Under the pieces are notes generated by a model. The model was given only the letters and a program-made list of their open reading frames with translations. It had not been told where the DNA came from and ran no database searches. This document shows, in pieces, positions 9,018-17,400 of a stretch of 64,000 nt of DNA; the stretch's first letter is position 1, and each line of letters starts with the position of its first letter. Source of the DNA: Limisphaerales bacterium (GTDB taxonomy: Bacteria; Patescibacteriota; Microgenomatia; UBA1400; PJMF01); NCBI GenBank assembly GCA_044350895.1, contig JBILGT010000002.1:36554-100553 (forward strand). The letters are read 5' to 3'. A program made the translations under genes and the position numbers.

Positions 9018-9602
9018 TTATGTGCTCTCTTGCTCCAAATATAGTAATCTAAATTGCTCACGTGCTCTGAATAACTCAGATTCCACTGATTTTACAGTTT
9101 TCCCCAGTTCAGTGGCAATTTGTGCCACTTTCTGGCTATCAACGTACTTTTTGAGCAAAAGTTCTCGAGAATATTCATTCATTTTTTTGAGTGCAACTAG
9201 GACACGAGCTGAAACTTCATGAGAATCTTCCACAGGACTTGAGAGCAACAGATGTGATAAAGCAGTGGTTTGAATTGCCTTTTTGGCATACATTTTTCGA
9301 TAAAAGTCAGCAACTTCATGTTTTGCGATAGCAGACATCCACGTCCAGAGACTCGCACTACCGTTATACAGGGACAAATTTTTTAGACAGTTTAAGAAAG
9401 TCTGCTGTGTCATTTCTTCAGCATCTTGGCTATTTTCCACTCTACTTTGAATGAATCTGAGGATTTTTTTATGAAAATGGTTAAACCAGTACTCGACGGC
9501 ATCTCGATCACCGAGTTTCAAAAGCTCTACTAGTTGCATTTCACTTTGTTGGTTCATACTACAGGAAGTATACTTTATTCTAGCTACACCGTATAATATC
9601 AT
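9018..9602 (-). CDS. RNA polymerase sigma factor, sigma-70/ECF family
   Basis: Region-2-like 'DAEEMTQQTFLNCLKNL' and a region-4 HTH 'SQKVAQIATELGKTVKSVESELFRAREQFR'. The likely true start is the internal Met at 9557 (MNQQSEMQLVELLK...). Confidence 0.65.
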   Translation of the reverse strand: MILYGVARIKYTSCSMNQQSEMQLVELLKLGDRDAVEYWFNHFHKKILRFIQSRVENSQDAEEMTQQTFLNCLKNLSLYNGSASLWTWMSAIAKHEVADFYRKMYAKKAIQTTALSHLLLSSPVEDSHEVSARVLVALKKMNEYSRELLLKKYVDSQKVAQIATELGKTVKSVESELFRAREQFRLLYLEQEST

Positions 9603-9606
9603 CCAT

Positions 9607-9966
9607 ATGTTTTTTCTAGTACAAAAAGTATATGCTGCAGGCTGCTCAGATCTAGACTATGGTTCTCCCGAACTTAATTTAGGCAGAGTGCTTTGCTTGA
9701 GCGACAGCACAGCTGTTGAAGATGTCTATAAAGATCCAGCATTTCTTGTCAACTTAATTGTTAGCAATTTATTTGTTTTTGCTGGAATAATAATTTTTCT
9801 TCTTATTTTTTACGCTGGATTTAAATTTATCTCTCAAGGAACTAAGGGCAAAGAGGAAGCAAAAGGGATCATTACTGCCGCTGTGACTGGCTTAGTATTG
9901 ATGTTTGCAGCATATTGGGTCCTCCAGATTGTAAAAACATTAACGGGGACTGACGTTGCACTCTAA
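9607..9966 (+). CDS. VirB2/TrbC-like pilin-type small membrane protein, paralog 1
   Basis: TM1 (LVNLIVSNLFVFAGIIIFLLIFYAGF), loop 'SQGTKGKEEAKG', TM2 (IITAAVTGLVLMFAAYWVLQIV). A TATAAT lies 12 bp upstream. Confidence 0.5.
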   Translation: MFFLVQKVYAAGCSDLDYGSPELNLGRVLCLSDSTAVEDVYKDPAFLVNLIVSNLFVFAGIIIFLLIFYAGFKFISQGTKGKEEAKGIITAAVTGLVLMFAAYWVLQIVKTLTGTDVAL

Positions 9967-9969
9967 ATT

Positions 9970-10419
9970 ATGAAAACAAATATAGTACTCAAAACTATTA
10001 GCTATATCTATCTTTTTGCTGTTATTATCAGTGCATTTTTCTGTATCCCAGGCCTCACCTTCGCACAAACTGCTGAAGACTTAGGGGTTGGAACAATTGC
10101 AGCCCCTCCTGGCGTGGATAAATATAATGCTGCCGCACAAGCGCAAGGTGCCGATATTGCGATCGTTTACTTTATGTCGAACATGATCAAGCTCTTTACG
10201 GTAGTTGCTGGAATCTGGGTAATTTTGAATGGCATTCTTGCAGGCTACTACTTTGTGCAATCAAGTGGAGACGCAGGCACCTATGAAAAAGCCCGTAATC
10301 AAATTACTCAAAGTGCCATTGGTCTTGCAATGATTGTACTTTCATATATGTTTACTGGGCTTGTTGGTTTACTTTTCTTTGGAGATGCGGGTATATTCTT
10401 AAATCCAAGGTTAAAATAG
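9970..10419 (+). CDS. VirB2/TrbC-like pilin-type small membrane protein, paralog 2
   Basis: Signal peptide plus 'VVAGIWVILNGILAGYYFVQSSGDAGTYEKARNQITQSAIGLAMIVLSYMFTGLVGLLFFGDAG'. Confidence 0.55.
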   Translation: MKTNIVLKTISYIYLFAVIISAFFCIPGLTFAQTAEDLGVGTIAAPPGVDKYNAAAQAQGADIAIVYFMSNMIKLFTVVAGIWVILNGILAGYYFVQSSGDAGTYEKARNQITQSAIGLAMIVLSYMFTGLVGLLFFGDAGIFLNPRLK

Positions 10420-10420
10420 T

Positions 10421-10969
10421 ATGAAACAGTTTATACTCAGCATCGTTGTTGCACTCTCAGTGCTATTCTTCGTCCCTACAGTGGCGCAAGCACAATCATG
10501 TCCTAGCAACCGGACTTGTAGTGGCGGTTGTACCGCTGTGGGCCAATGTGTTGGAAACAAACGATGTGTTAGTGTACAAGGCGTTATTTACCCTGGAACA
10601 GTTGATTGTGGTTCTGCCCAACTTGGCGGAGTTAAGCCACCTCCAGCTATTACTAGTTTTAATTTTCAAACTGGCTCTGCATCAGGCAATGGCATCATCC
10701 TCTTTTTATCTAGATTGATCAATCTTTTTGTCATAGTGTGTGGAATCTGGACAATGTTTAACTTTTTATATTCTGGATACATTCTAATTTCTTCTCAGTC
10801 AGATACTAAAAATCAAAGTGAAATAAAAGATAAATTAACAATGACAGCCATTGGCTTGGCTATTATTGCCGGAGCATACATAATCGCTGGACTAATCGGT
10901 CTTATTTTCTTTGGAGATGCGGGATATATTCTCAATCCGCAGCTCGTCAGCGCACTTGATAGAGGGTAA
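10421..10969 (+). CDS. VirB2/TrbC-like pilin-type small membrane protein, paralog 3 (with Cys-rich N-terminal extension)
   Basis: Signal peptide, a CPSNRTCSGGCTAVGQCVGNKRC module, then the shared two-helix domain ending 'IGLIFFGDAGYILNPQL' (same C-terminal tail as paralog 2). Confidence 0.55.
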   Translation: MKQFILSIVVALSVLFFVPTVAQAQSCPSNRTCSGGCTAVGQCVGNKRCVSVQGVIYPGTVDCGSAQLGGVKPPPAITSFNFQTGSASGNGIILFLSRLINLFVIVCGIWTMFNFLYSGYILISSQSDTKNQSEIKDKLTMTAIGLAIIAGAYIIAGLIGLIFFGDAGYILNPQLVSALDRG

Positions 10970-11025
10970 TATGGCTGGAAGATAGACTTTCTTCTGTCAT
11001 ATGGGTATAATTACAGGCGTACATT

Positions 11026-11406
11026 ATGATGATATACATAGCACAAAAACTTACCCAGTTCGGTTCTGGTTTTGCACCAGTTGTTGATACTGCATGGACA
11101 GATGGCTCAGATACAGAAGCAGGGGTACTTACCAATTTAGAAGCATTCATTTCACAAATCTTGGGACTGATTACAGTAATTGGTAGTTTGTTCTTTGTTA
11201 TCAACTTTCTCATGGCTGCCTTGAGCTGGATCACCGCAGCAGGTGACAGCGGCAAAATTCAAAAAGCTCGCGACCAGATGATTCAATCTACGTTGGGACT
11301 TGTTATTATGGTAGGCTCTTATGCAATAATTGGACTTATTGGATCAGTGGTTGGTATCGATATCTTACAACCAGGCCAAGCATTAAAGATGTTGATCCCA
11401 AGGTAA
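11026..11406 (+). CDS. VirB2/TrbC-like pilin-type small membrane protein, paralog 4
   Basis: 'WITAAGDSGKIQKARDQMIQSTLGLVIMVGSYAIIGLIG'. Confidence 0.55.
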   Translation: MMIYIAQKLTQFGSGFAPVVDTAWTDGSDTEAGVLTNLEAFISQILGLITVIGSLFFVINFLMAALSWITAAGDSGKIQKARDQMIQSTLGLVIMVGSYAIIGLIGSVVGIDILQPGQALKMLIPR

Positions 11407-11411
11407 ATTTA

Positions 11412-11840
11412 ATGTCATTAAACAAGTTACAAAAGACCATCTCATCAGTTACAACAACTACAGCACTTTTAGTGAGTAGTTCTACTTTGGCACTCGCTCA
11501 AACAGGCATAACCAATCCAGCAATTGGCATTTATGGTAAAGACCCAAATGCGGCCAAGGCCGGCACTTCATTTGCGGGGTATGTCGCTATCATGTGGAAA
11601 GCTATGATTTCAATTGGAGCATTACTAGTTCTCTTATACTTTGTATGGGGTGCAATCGATTGGATAACAGCCGCTGGAGATAAAGGTAAAATGGAAGGTG
11701 CCCGCAATAAAATGCTCAATGCCTTTATTGGTTTACTGCTATTGGTCAGCTCATACACCATAATTGCATTCGTTGGCTGGCTATTCTTTGGAACTGAATT
11801 CAACATCTTACAACCAATATTTATATTTAATAATCCATAA
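11412..11840 (+). CDS. VirB2/TrbC-like pilin-type small membrane protein, paralog 5
   Basis: Signal peptide plus 'WITAAGDKGKMEGARNKMLNAFIGLLLLVSSY'. Confidence 0.55.
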   Translation: MSLNKLQKTISSVTTTTALLVSSSTLALAQTGITNPAIGIYGKDPNAAKAGTSFAGYVAIMWKAMISIGALLVLLYFVWGAIDWITAAGDKGKMEGARNKMLNAFIGLLLLVSSYTIIAFVGWLFFGTEFNILQPIFIFNNP

Positions 11841-11845
11841 TATTT

Positions 11846-12187
11846 ATGCCAACACCAACAAAAATAGACTTACAAGGAGGCGCAATCCTCGCACAAATTC
11901 CAGGCACTGAGAACATGGAATCGCCAAATGCCGGCTTTGCCCGTCTTATTGGGAATATTCTTGCCGCAGTCATGGTTGTTTCATTACTCCTTGTTCTCTA
12001 CTTTTTAGTAGTTGGTGCAATTGAGTGGATTACGGCAGCTGGCGATAAAGGTAAAATTGATTCAGCACGTAACAAAATGACAAATGCTGTTATCGGCATC
12101 ATAGTTTTATCTTCCGTTACCGCACTATTTGCAGCTGTACAATATTTCTTAGGTGTCAATGTACTTACATTTTCATTTACCCCGTAA
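11846..12187 (+). CDS. VirB2/TrbC-like pilin-type small membrane protein, paralog 6
   Basis: 'WITAAGDKGKIDSARNKMTNAVIGIIVLSS'. Confidence 0.55.
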   Translation: MPTPTKIDLQGGAILAQIPGTENMESPNAGFARLIGNILAAVMVVSLLLVLYFLVVGAIEWITAAGDKGKIDSARNKMTNAVIGIIVLSSVTALFAAVQYFLGVNVLTFSFTP

Positions 12188-12325
12188 GGAGCGATTGATT
12201 CGCATACTTTAGAGTCTGGGTAAATCAAACTGGTACTTGCAAGCACTAAAAGTATATTGCTAAGCTATTACTTGACGGAGAGCATATAATATAATCTAGT
12301 GTAAGATACACTTACAAGGAGCAAG

Positions 12326-12739
12326 ATGATTGGTAAATTAAACACGGCATTAGTAGCCAGTACAGTAACTGGATTTTTAAGTGCACCAATTGCATTTGCA
12401 GTGGAACCTACTTCAGGAGTTACTTCAGCAGTTGGCACAGTCACAGCAGGAACTGGATGGGCAGATAACATCGGTGGTTTAATCACTAGTGTCTTAACTA
12501 TCGTCATGGTTGTTGCTATCCTACTCGTCTTACTCTACCTCATCATGGGTGGTATCGAATGGATCACATCTGGTGGTGATAAAGGTAAAACTGAAGGTGC
12601 TCGTAACAAAATTACCTCAGCTATCATTGGTATCATCATCTTGGCAGCAGCTTATGCGCTCGTCCAACTTGTCGCCTACGTATTAGGATTTGCAAGTCTG
12701 AACGCAGCTCTCGAATCATTACCTAGAATCGGTACGTAA
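12326..12739 (+). CDS. VirB2/TrbC-like pilin-type small membrane protein, paralog 7
   Basis: AAGGAG RBS 8 bp upstream of the ATG and a TATAAT around 12286. Signal peptide plus 'WITSGGDKGKTEGARNKITSAIIGIIILAAAYALVQLVAYVLGFASLNAAL'. Confidence 0.6.
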   Translation: MIGKLNTALVASTVTGFLSAPIAFAVEPTSGVTSAVGTVTAGTGWADNIGGLITSVLTIVMVVAILLVLLYLIMGGIEWITSGGDKGKTEGARNKITSAIIGIIILAAAYALVQLVAYVLGFASLNAALESLPRIGT

Positions 12740-13179
12740 TAACAATAATAATGAATTTAATTAAAAGGAGTTACATGTTAAATAAAATTCAAAAAGCAGC
12801 AGCAGCAACTGCGGGAGTCGCAGCCAGCTTACTAACCACTGCAGTAGCATACGCTAAAGATACCAGTGCTATAGGCACAGTCACACCAGGTACAGGTTGG
12901 GCAGATAACATCGGTGTTTTAATCACCAGTGTCCTCACCATCGTCATGGTTGTTGCTATCTTGCTCGTCTTACTTTACCTCATCATGGGTGGTATCGAAT
13001 GGATCACATCTGGTGGTGACAAAGGTAAAACTGAAGGTGCTCGTAACAAAATTACTTCAGCTATCATCGGTATTATCATCTTGGCCGCATCATATGCACT
13101 CGTCCAACTTGTCGCCTACGTCTTAGGATTTGCAAGTCTTAATGCCGCCCTGCTCTCATTGCCTCAAATCGGTAAGTAA
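12433..13179 (+). repeat. tandem duplication (~300 bp units, ~440 bp period) of pilin-type gene bodies
   Basis: 12461-12739 and 12901-13179 align base-for-base with only scattered substitutions (e.g. gcagataacatcggtg[g/t]tttaatcac...). Confidence 0.8.
12751..13179 (+). CDS. VirB2/TrbC-like pilin-type small membrane protein, paralog 8 (near-identical tandem copy of paralog 7)
   Basis: The probable true start is 12775 (AAAGGAG RBS just upstream; MLNKIQKAAAATAGVAASLLTTAVAYA signal peptide). The mature domain is about 90% identical at DNA level to paralog 7. Confidence 0.6.
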   Translation: MNLIKRSYMLNKIQKAAAATAGVAASLLTTAVAYAKDTSAIGTVTPGTGWADNIGVLITSVLTIVMVVAILLVLLYLIMGGIEWITSGGDKGKTEGARNKITSAIIGIIILAASYALVQLVAYVLGFASLNAALLSLPQIGK

Positions 13180-13202
13180 TATTTTTAAAATTAGAATTTC
13201 AG

Positions 13203-13230
13203 AAACCCCCATCTTGTATGGGGGTTTTTG
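13203..13230 (+). terminator. rho-independent terminator after pilin paralog 8
   Basis: AAACCCCCA-tcttgta-TGGGGGTTT followed by a T-run. Confidence 0.7.
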
Positions 13231-13266
13231 GTATATTAGGTGTGTTTGTTACACATTTGACCCACT

Positions 13267-13821
13267 TTGATGTATAATGTAAGTCTAATGAAAAAAGCCG
13301 TTATATCACTTGTATTAGTACTCATATTTAATTTTTTAGCTGTATTTAGCAATCCCATAGTATTCGCAGCAGACGAGGTAAAATTAGTCAAAGATGGTAG
13401 TACCTACTATCTGAGTACTGAAGGTTCTGCATCCACCACGCGCAGTGGACAAACCTATCGTCTTGTTCCTGTTGAGCAAACCGCCGCAACCAGTGCTGCA
13501 AAAACAGCATCTCGTTCAGCAGTTGTTCCGCCTCCTGGATATGTAGGTAATATTGGAGAGCTTATCAGCTTCTTACTTAAGTTGGTAATGATTGTGGCAA
13601 TTTTACTTATTCTTCTCGCCTTTATCACCGCTGGTTTTGAGTGGATTACATCTGGAGGTGACAAAGGTAAAACTGAAAGTGCCCGAAACCGCATTGTCGC
13701 AGCTTTTGTTGGTGTACTCATCTTATCTGCCGCATACGCATTAACACTACTCGTTGCCTATGTTCTTGGTTTTGATAGTATTGATGATGTTTTTGGCAGC
13801 ATTAAGCGAATTAATCCATAG
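13267..13821 (+). CDS. VirB2/TrbC-like pilin-type small membrane protein, paralog 9
   Basis: Probable start 13288 (MKKAVISLVLVLIFNFLAVFSNPIVFA). 'WITSGGDKGKTESARNRIVAAFVGVLILSAAYALTLLVAYVLGF'. Confidence 0.55.
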   Translation: MMYNVSLMKKAVISLVLVLIFNFLAVFSNPIVFAADEVKLVKDGSTYYLSTEGSASTTRSGQTYRLVPVEQTAATSAAKTASRSAVVPPPGYVGNIGELISFLLKLVMIVAILLILLAFITAGFEWITSGGDKGKTESARNRIVAAFVGVLILSAAYALTLLVAYVLGFDSIDDVFGSIKRINP

Positions 13822-13844
13822 GTCACAAACTCTACATTCACTTC

Positions 13845-14372
13845 TTGCTGTTCTATCAGGTATACTATAGAGATTCAAAATCTATGCGCCGTAACACATT
13901 TACCTATCAAGTAATTTCATTTTTTAGAGCTGCAATCTTCAGTGTCGCACTACTTGCAAACGTCGCTGGCCCAGTCTACGCCCAAACCCAGGCTTGGTCA
14001 GGTGTGTGTGTCGGCCCAGCTCAGATTAATGCAGCAACGAAAGCCAATGATGTTGCTACTATCCAAGGCGTTCAGTGTCTACTTGCCAATGTATTTACTG
14101 TGATCATAACAATCGTCGGTCTGGCAGGATTTGTCATGTTTATTGTAGGTGCCTTTAGATATTTGGTTTCTGGCTCAAATAGCAAGGGTATTGAAGCCGC
14201 CAAAAATACCATTCAATACATGGTGATCGGCATTATTGTAACGCTCAGTGGTTTCATCATTCTGAATATGATTTCTTCATTCACCGGAATCGACGTCATT
14301 ACTCGATTTGTTATTCCAAGTTCAGATCGTGGTACTTCTGCAGATGACTATCCAATTCCAGTTGGAATGTAA
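13845..14372 (+). CDS. VirB2/TrbC-like pilin-type small membrane protein, paralog 10 (divergent)
   Basis: Probable start 13884 (MRRNTF...signal peptide). 'IVGLAGFVMFIVGAFRYLVSGSNSKGIEAAKNTIQYMVIGIIVTLSGFIILNMI'. Confidence 0.45.
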   Translation: MLFYQVYYRDSKSMRRNTFTYQVISFFRAAIFSVALLANVAGPVYAQTQAWSGVCVGPAQINAATKANDVATIQGVQCLLANVFTVIITIVGLAGFVMFIVGAFRYLVSGSNSKGIEAAKNTIQYMVIGIIVTLSGFIILNMISSFTGIDVITRFVIPSSDRGTSADDYPIPVGM

Positions 14373-14459
14373 TGCTTGTCGATTCTCCCCGACAAAATTA
14401 TAAATTACAGCACAGCATTCTCTTTCAGCTAAACCTCATGAATTAGGTATAATACAACT

Positions 14460-17400
14460 ATGATCAAACTCACGGGTATGAGGTTGTTTTTTTTGTGTGT
14501 GAGTTTTGTCGTGGGATTAATTAGCAGCGCCACATTAGTCTACGCGCAATCCAGCAATTTTGCTTCCTTCAAAGAAGATCTCGACTTTGTCCGTTCTCAA
14601 AGTGCTGCGGTACTTCTCTTTACACCACTTGGCTCCAACCCTGATCCTAACTTCAAAAAGCATGCGCTCAGCATGCAGCAAGTTCAAACACTCTGTGGTC
14701 AAACCGGAGACTGCGGAAACCTCGGTATTAACTTTGCCACAATGTTTAAGAAAGGTCAGTACGACAAGCTCAAGCAACTTAATATGCACTGGGCACTCGA
14801 AATCGCAGAGAAAGGTCGTGAAGCCAATGCTGCATCCGCCATTAATGAAAATCCCGATGCTCGAATTATTGTCCGTATTGGTGTAGCTGGTAATTCTGGA
14901 GGATTTGCTGACTACAACGGGAATGCAGCAGATTATATCGAGTTTCTTAAAAATCTTTCTGGTCAGGTGGGTGGCAAAGAATTTTACGCCATTGCAGGTC
15001 CAAATGAGCCAGATATCGAAAAGTGGATTGATCCCAATTGTGGAAGTGCACCGGGAGTTGAGTCAGCAGATTCACAGAAATTTTTTGATTGTGTGGGGCC
15101 AAAATTAACGCAGTATATGAACGCTGTGTGCGCCGCCAATCTCCCCAGTAATATCAAACTCCTCACTCCTGCTTTCAACATGACTTCATATAGCTTCCCC
15201 GGAATTGTCGCAGCCATGGAAAAATCAGGGGCAAACTGGAAGTGTTTCGCAGATCGCCAAACTGGTTTTGCAGGCAACCTCTACCCTGCCGGAAAAGCCA
15301 TGAAAGCATACTGGAATGATGACTACACAGGAAAAACAATTCAATTTTTACAGAGCAAAGGTTTGAAGGTATATATAACTGAGACAGGACCACACACTGC
15401 AATCAGCGCCCAAGATGTAAATGCTACAGCCCATGATTTTAGCGAGTTCTACATCCACCCAATCAAAGGAATTACTGGAGGTGATAAAAATATCATTCGT
15501 GATGATTTGGTTCGGCAAGGCTATGAAGCACGCTGTGCGGCCCCTGGATTTAATATTGAACTAGGTCAAGATGGCATTGAATGGATGGAAAAATATCTTA
15601 AATGTCGCGATGATGGCAAATGTAATGATGGAGATGTTGGCGATGGAGCTTCTTTTGGAGGAGAGACCATTCAACAATTTACAGCCACAATGAATGAGCA
15701 TACCTCCATTGGTCAAAGAGTGCTTTCAATTCTATCAATCGACTATCGAGACTCACTGATCCCTGTTTTTAGAGATGTTGACCAAGTCCCACAACTGAAA
15801 CGGTCACTTGAGGATTATTTTGGCTACAGAGAACCCGCCAACGACCAATATAACCTTGCTGAACTTAGATCTTCAGCTATAAATTCACTCCTCACAACCA
15901 ACCAACGATGCACCCAATCTGCTATCTCACTCTTACAAAGAGACGAAATGTGTAAAAAGCTACAAGATCCGACTAAATGTGCGCTGTACGAATCAAAAGT
16001 GCCTGAGACCCAACTTACCGTAAAACAACTTCTAGATGCATACAATGCTTATGCAGGAATTTCCACTGACCATGACGCCACGTGCTCAAAAATAACTGGA
16101 GGAGCTGATACAGAACTGCGTCGTGGAATGCTTAATCTGCCACTGCAAATTGATAACGCGTATCGCCTCGCATTTCTCGTTACCACAATCAGAACTAGAG
16201 TTCCGCTGGCTGGAGATATGATGAACTTGTTCCAACATCCACACCGTGGAGAACTCAATGAAGCCCCCGATCCTGCCCACGTCGTAATTGTGACAGCATT
16301 TAAAATACCTGATATCACAACAAATAAAGGCACAATTGACACACAAGGTGAACCAAAAAGCGGTCATACAGACTTCAATGACCCAGCTATGTTGACTCGC
16401 GATGTACTTATCCCAAGTACCATCAAACAAGAACTCGACAGGAGAGGTGATCTTGAACGTAAGAGATTACTCAATATGGGTCAAGTGATTGCAGACCAGG
16501 ATCAAGATGATAAAACAATGGAAATTGCCTGTCGCATCAAAGGTGTTGGTGGACAACAATGTCTCGATCCTTTAACTAGTGCGCTGGTGGATATTATCAA
16601 CGCACAATCACTCATTGAGACTGAGAATGAACAACTTATTGAAAAAGCTGTCGGGACAGATGTCTATACTGCTGTAGAAAAAGAACAGATGTTCAAACTC
16701 AACTGTGACGATGCTCCAACTGAAGAACCCACCTATATATTTGATCCAGGTGAGCTACAGCCACTCAACAATGCCGGCCGCGTATTCAAAACTGACTTTG
16801 GCGTAGCGATTTTGGAAAATCTTTTCACCGATGAATCACACATGAGACCAGGAACTTTTGAGTATGATCCTACCTATGCTGATACTGAGAGTAATAAAAA
16901 ATCAGCCCCCGGTGGTTTCCACTGGGGACTTAAGTCAGTTTTCCATGTCACTAGTGACAACACGTTTGGACCAACAGATACCAGCCGTTCTGTGAAACAT
17001 TTCATCGTCTACCCTGAAGGGTACGACCTTAAAACTGTTGAAGCGGTTATGTCGGGCACATTCTTTACGACACAACAAATTGTGGCATTGAGGGATAAGG
17101 CTCTTGATTATCAACGATTCATGATTAAAGACGACAAAATTTTATTTGATGGCGGCGAAATTTCCCACTCATTTACCGACTATACAGTGGAATACGATGA
17201 GGGCTATTGCGATACAACCTACTATAATTCTGCTGGAGAACTCAAACGTACACCTCCTTGTCCCACAGGTTCATTCGGCTTCAGACTTTTTGCCAGTAAA
17301 GATCCCACTTCAGCAGGAATTCTGGGAGGTAGACTTGGATTTTGGATGCACACCATTCAGCTCACCCTGCAACGAGCAGAAGCACTCACCCACAAATATC

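Noticed and set aside
11531-13721. Several minus-strand 80-90 aa ORFs antisense to the pilin-type genes (11531..11806, 11998..12246, 12268..12507, 13455..13721)
   Set aside because: Each overlaps a + strand gene that has a signal peptide, an RBS and the conserved motif. The antisense translations have no features and mirror the conserved sense sequence.
9607-14372. Possibility that the small-gene array is a bacteriocin/immunity or holin cluster
   Set aside because: The proteins have cleavable signal peptides plus a two-helix hairpin with a conserved charged loop. They lie beside VirB4/VirB6-like genes, and there are no double-glycine leaders or ABC exporter genes nearby. An HMM search is still needed.
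16049-16430. Minus-strand ORFs inside the SLT/GH-A hydrolase gene
   Set aside because: They are shadow ORFs within a 4.2 kb intact + strand coding region.
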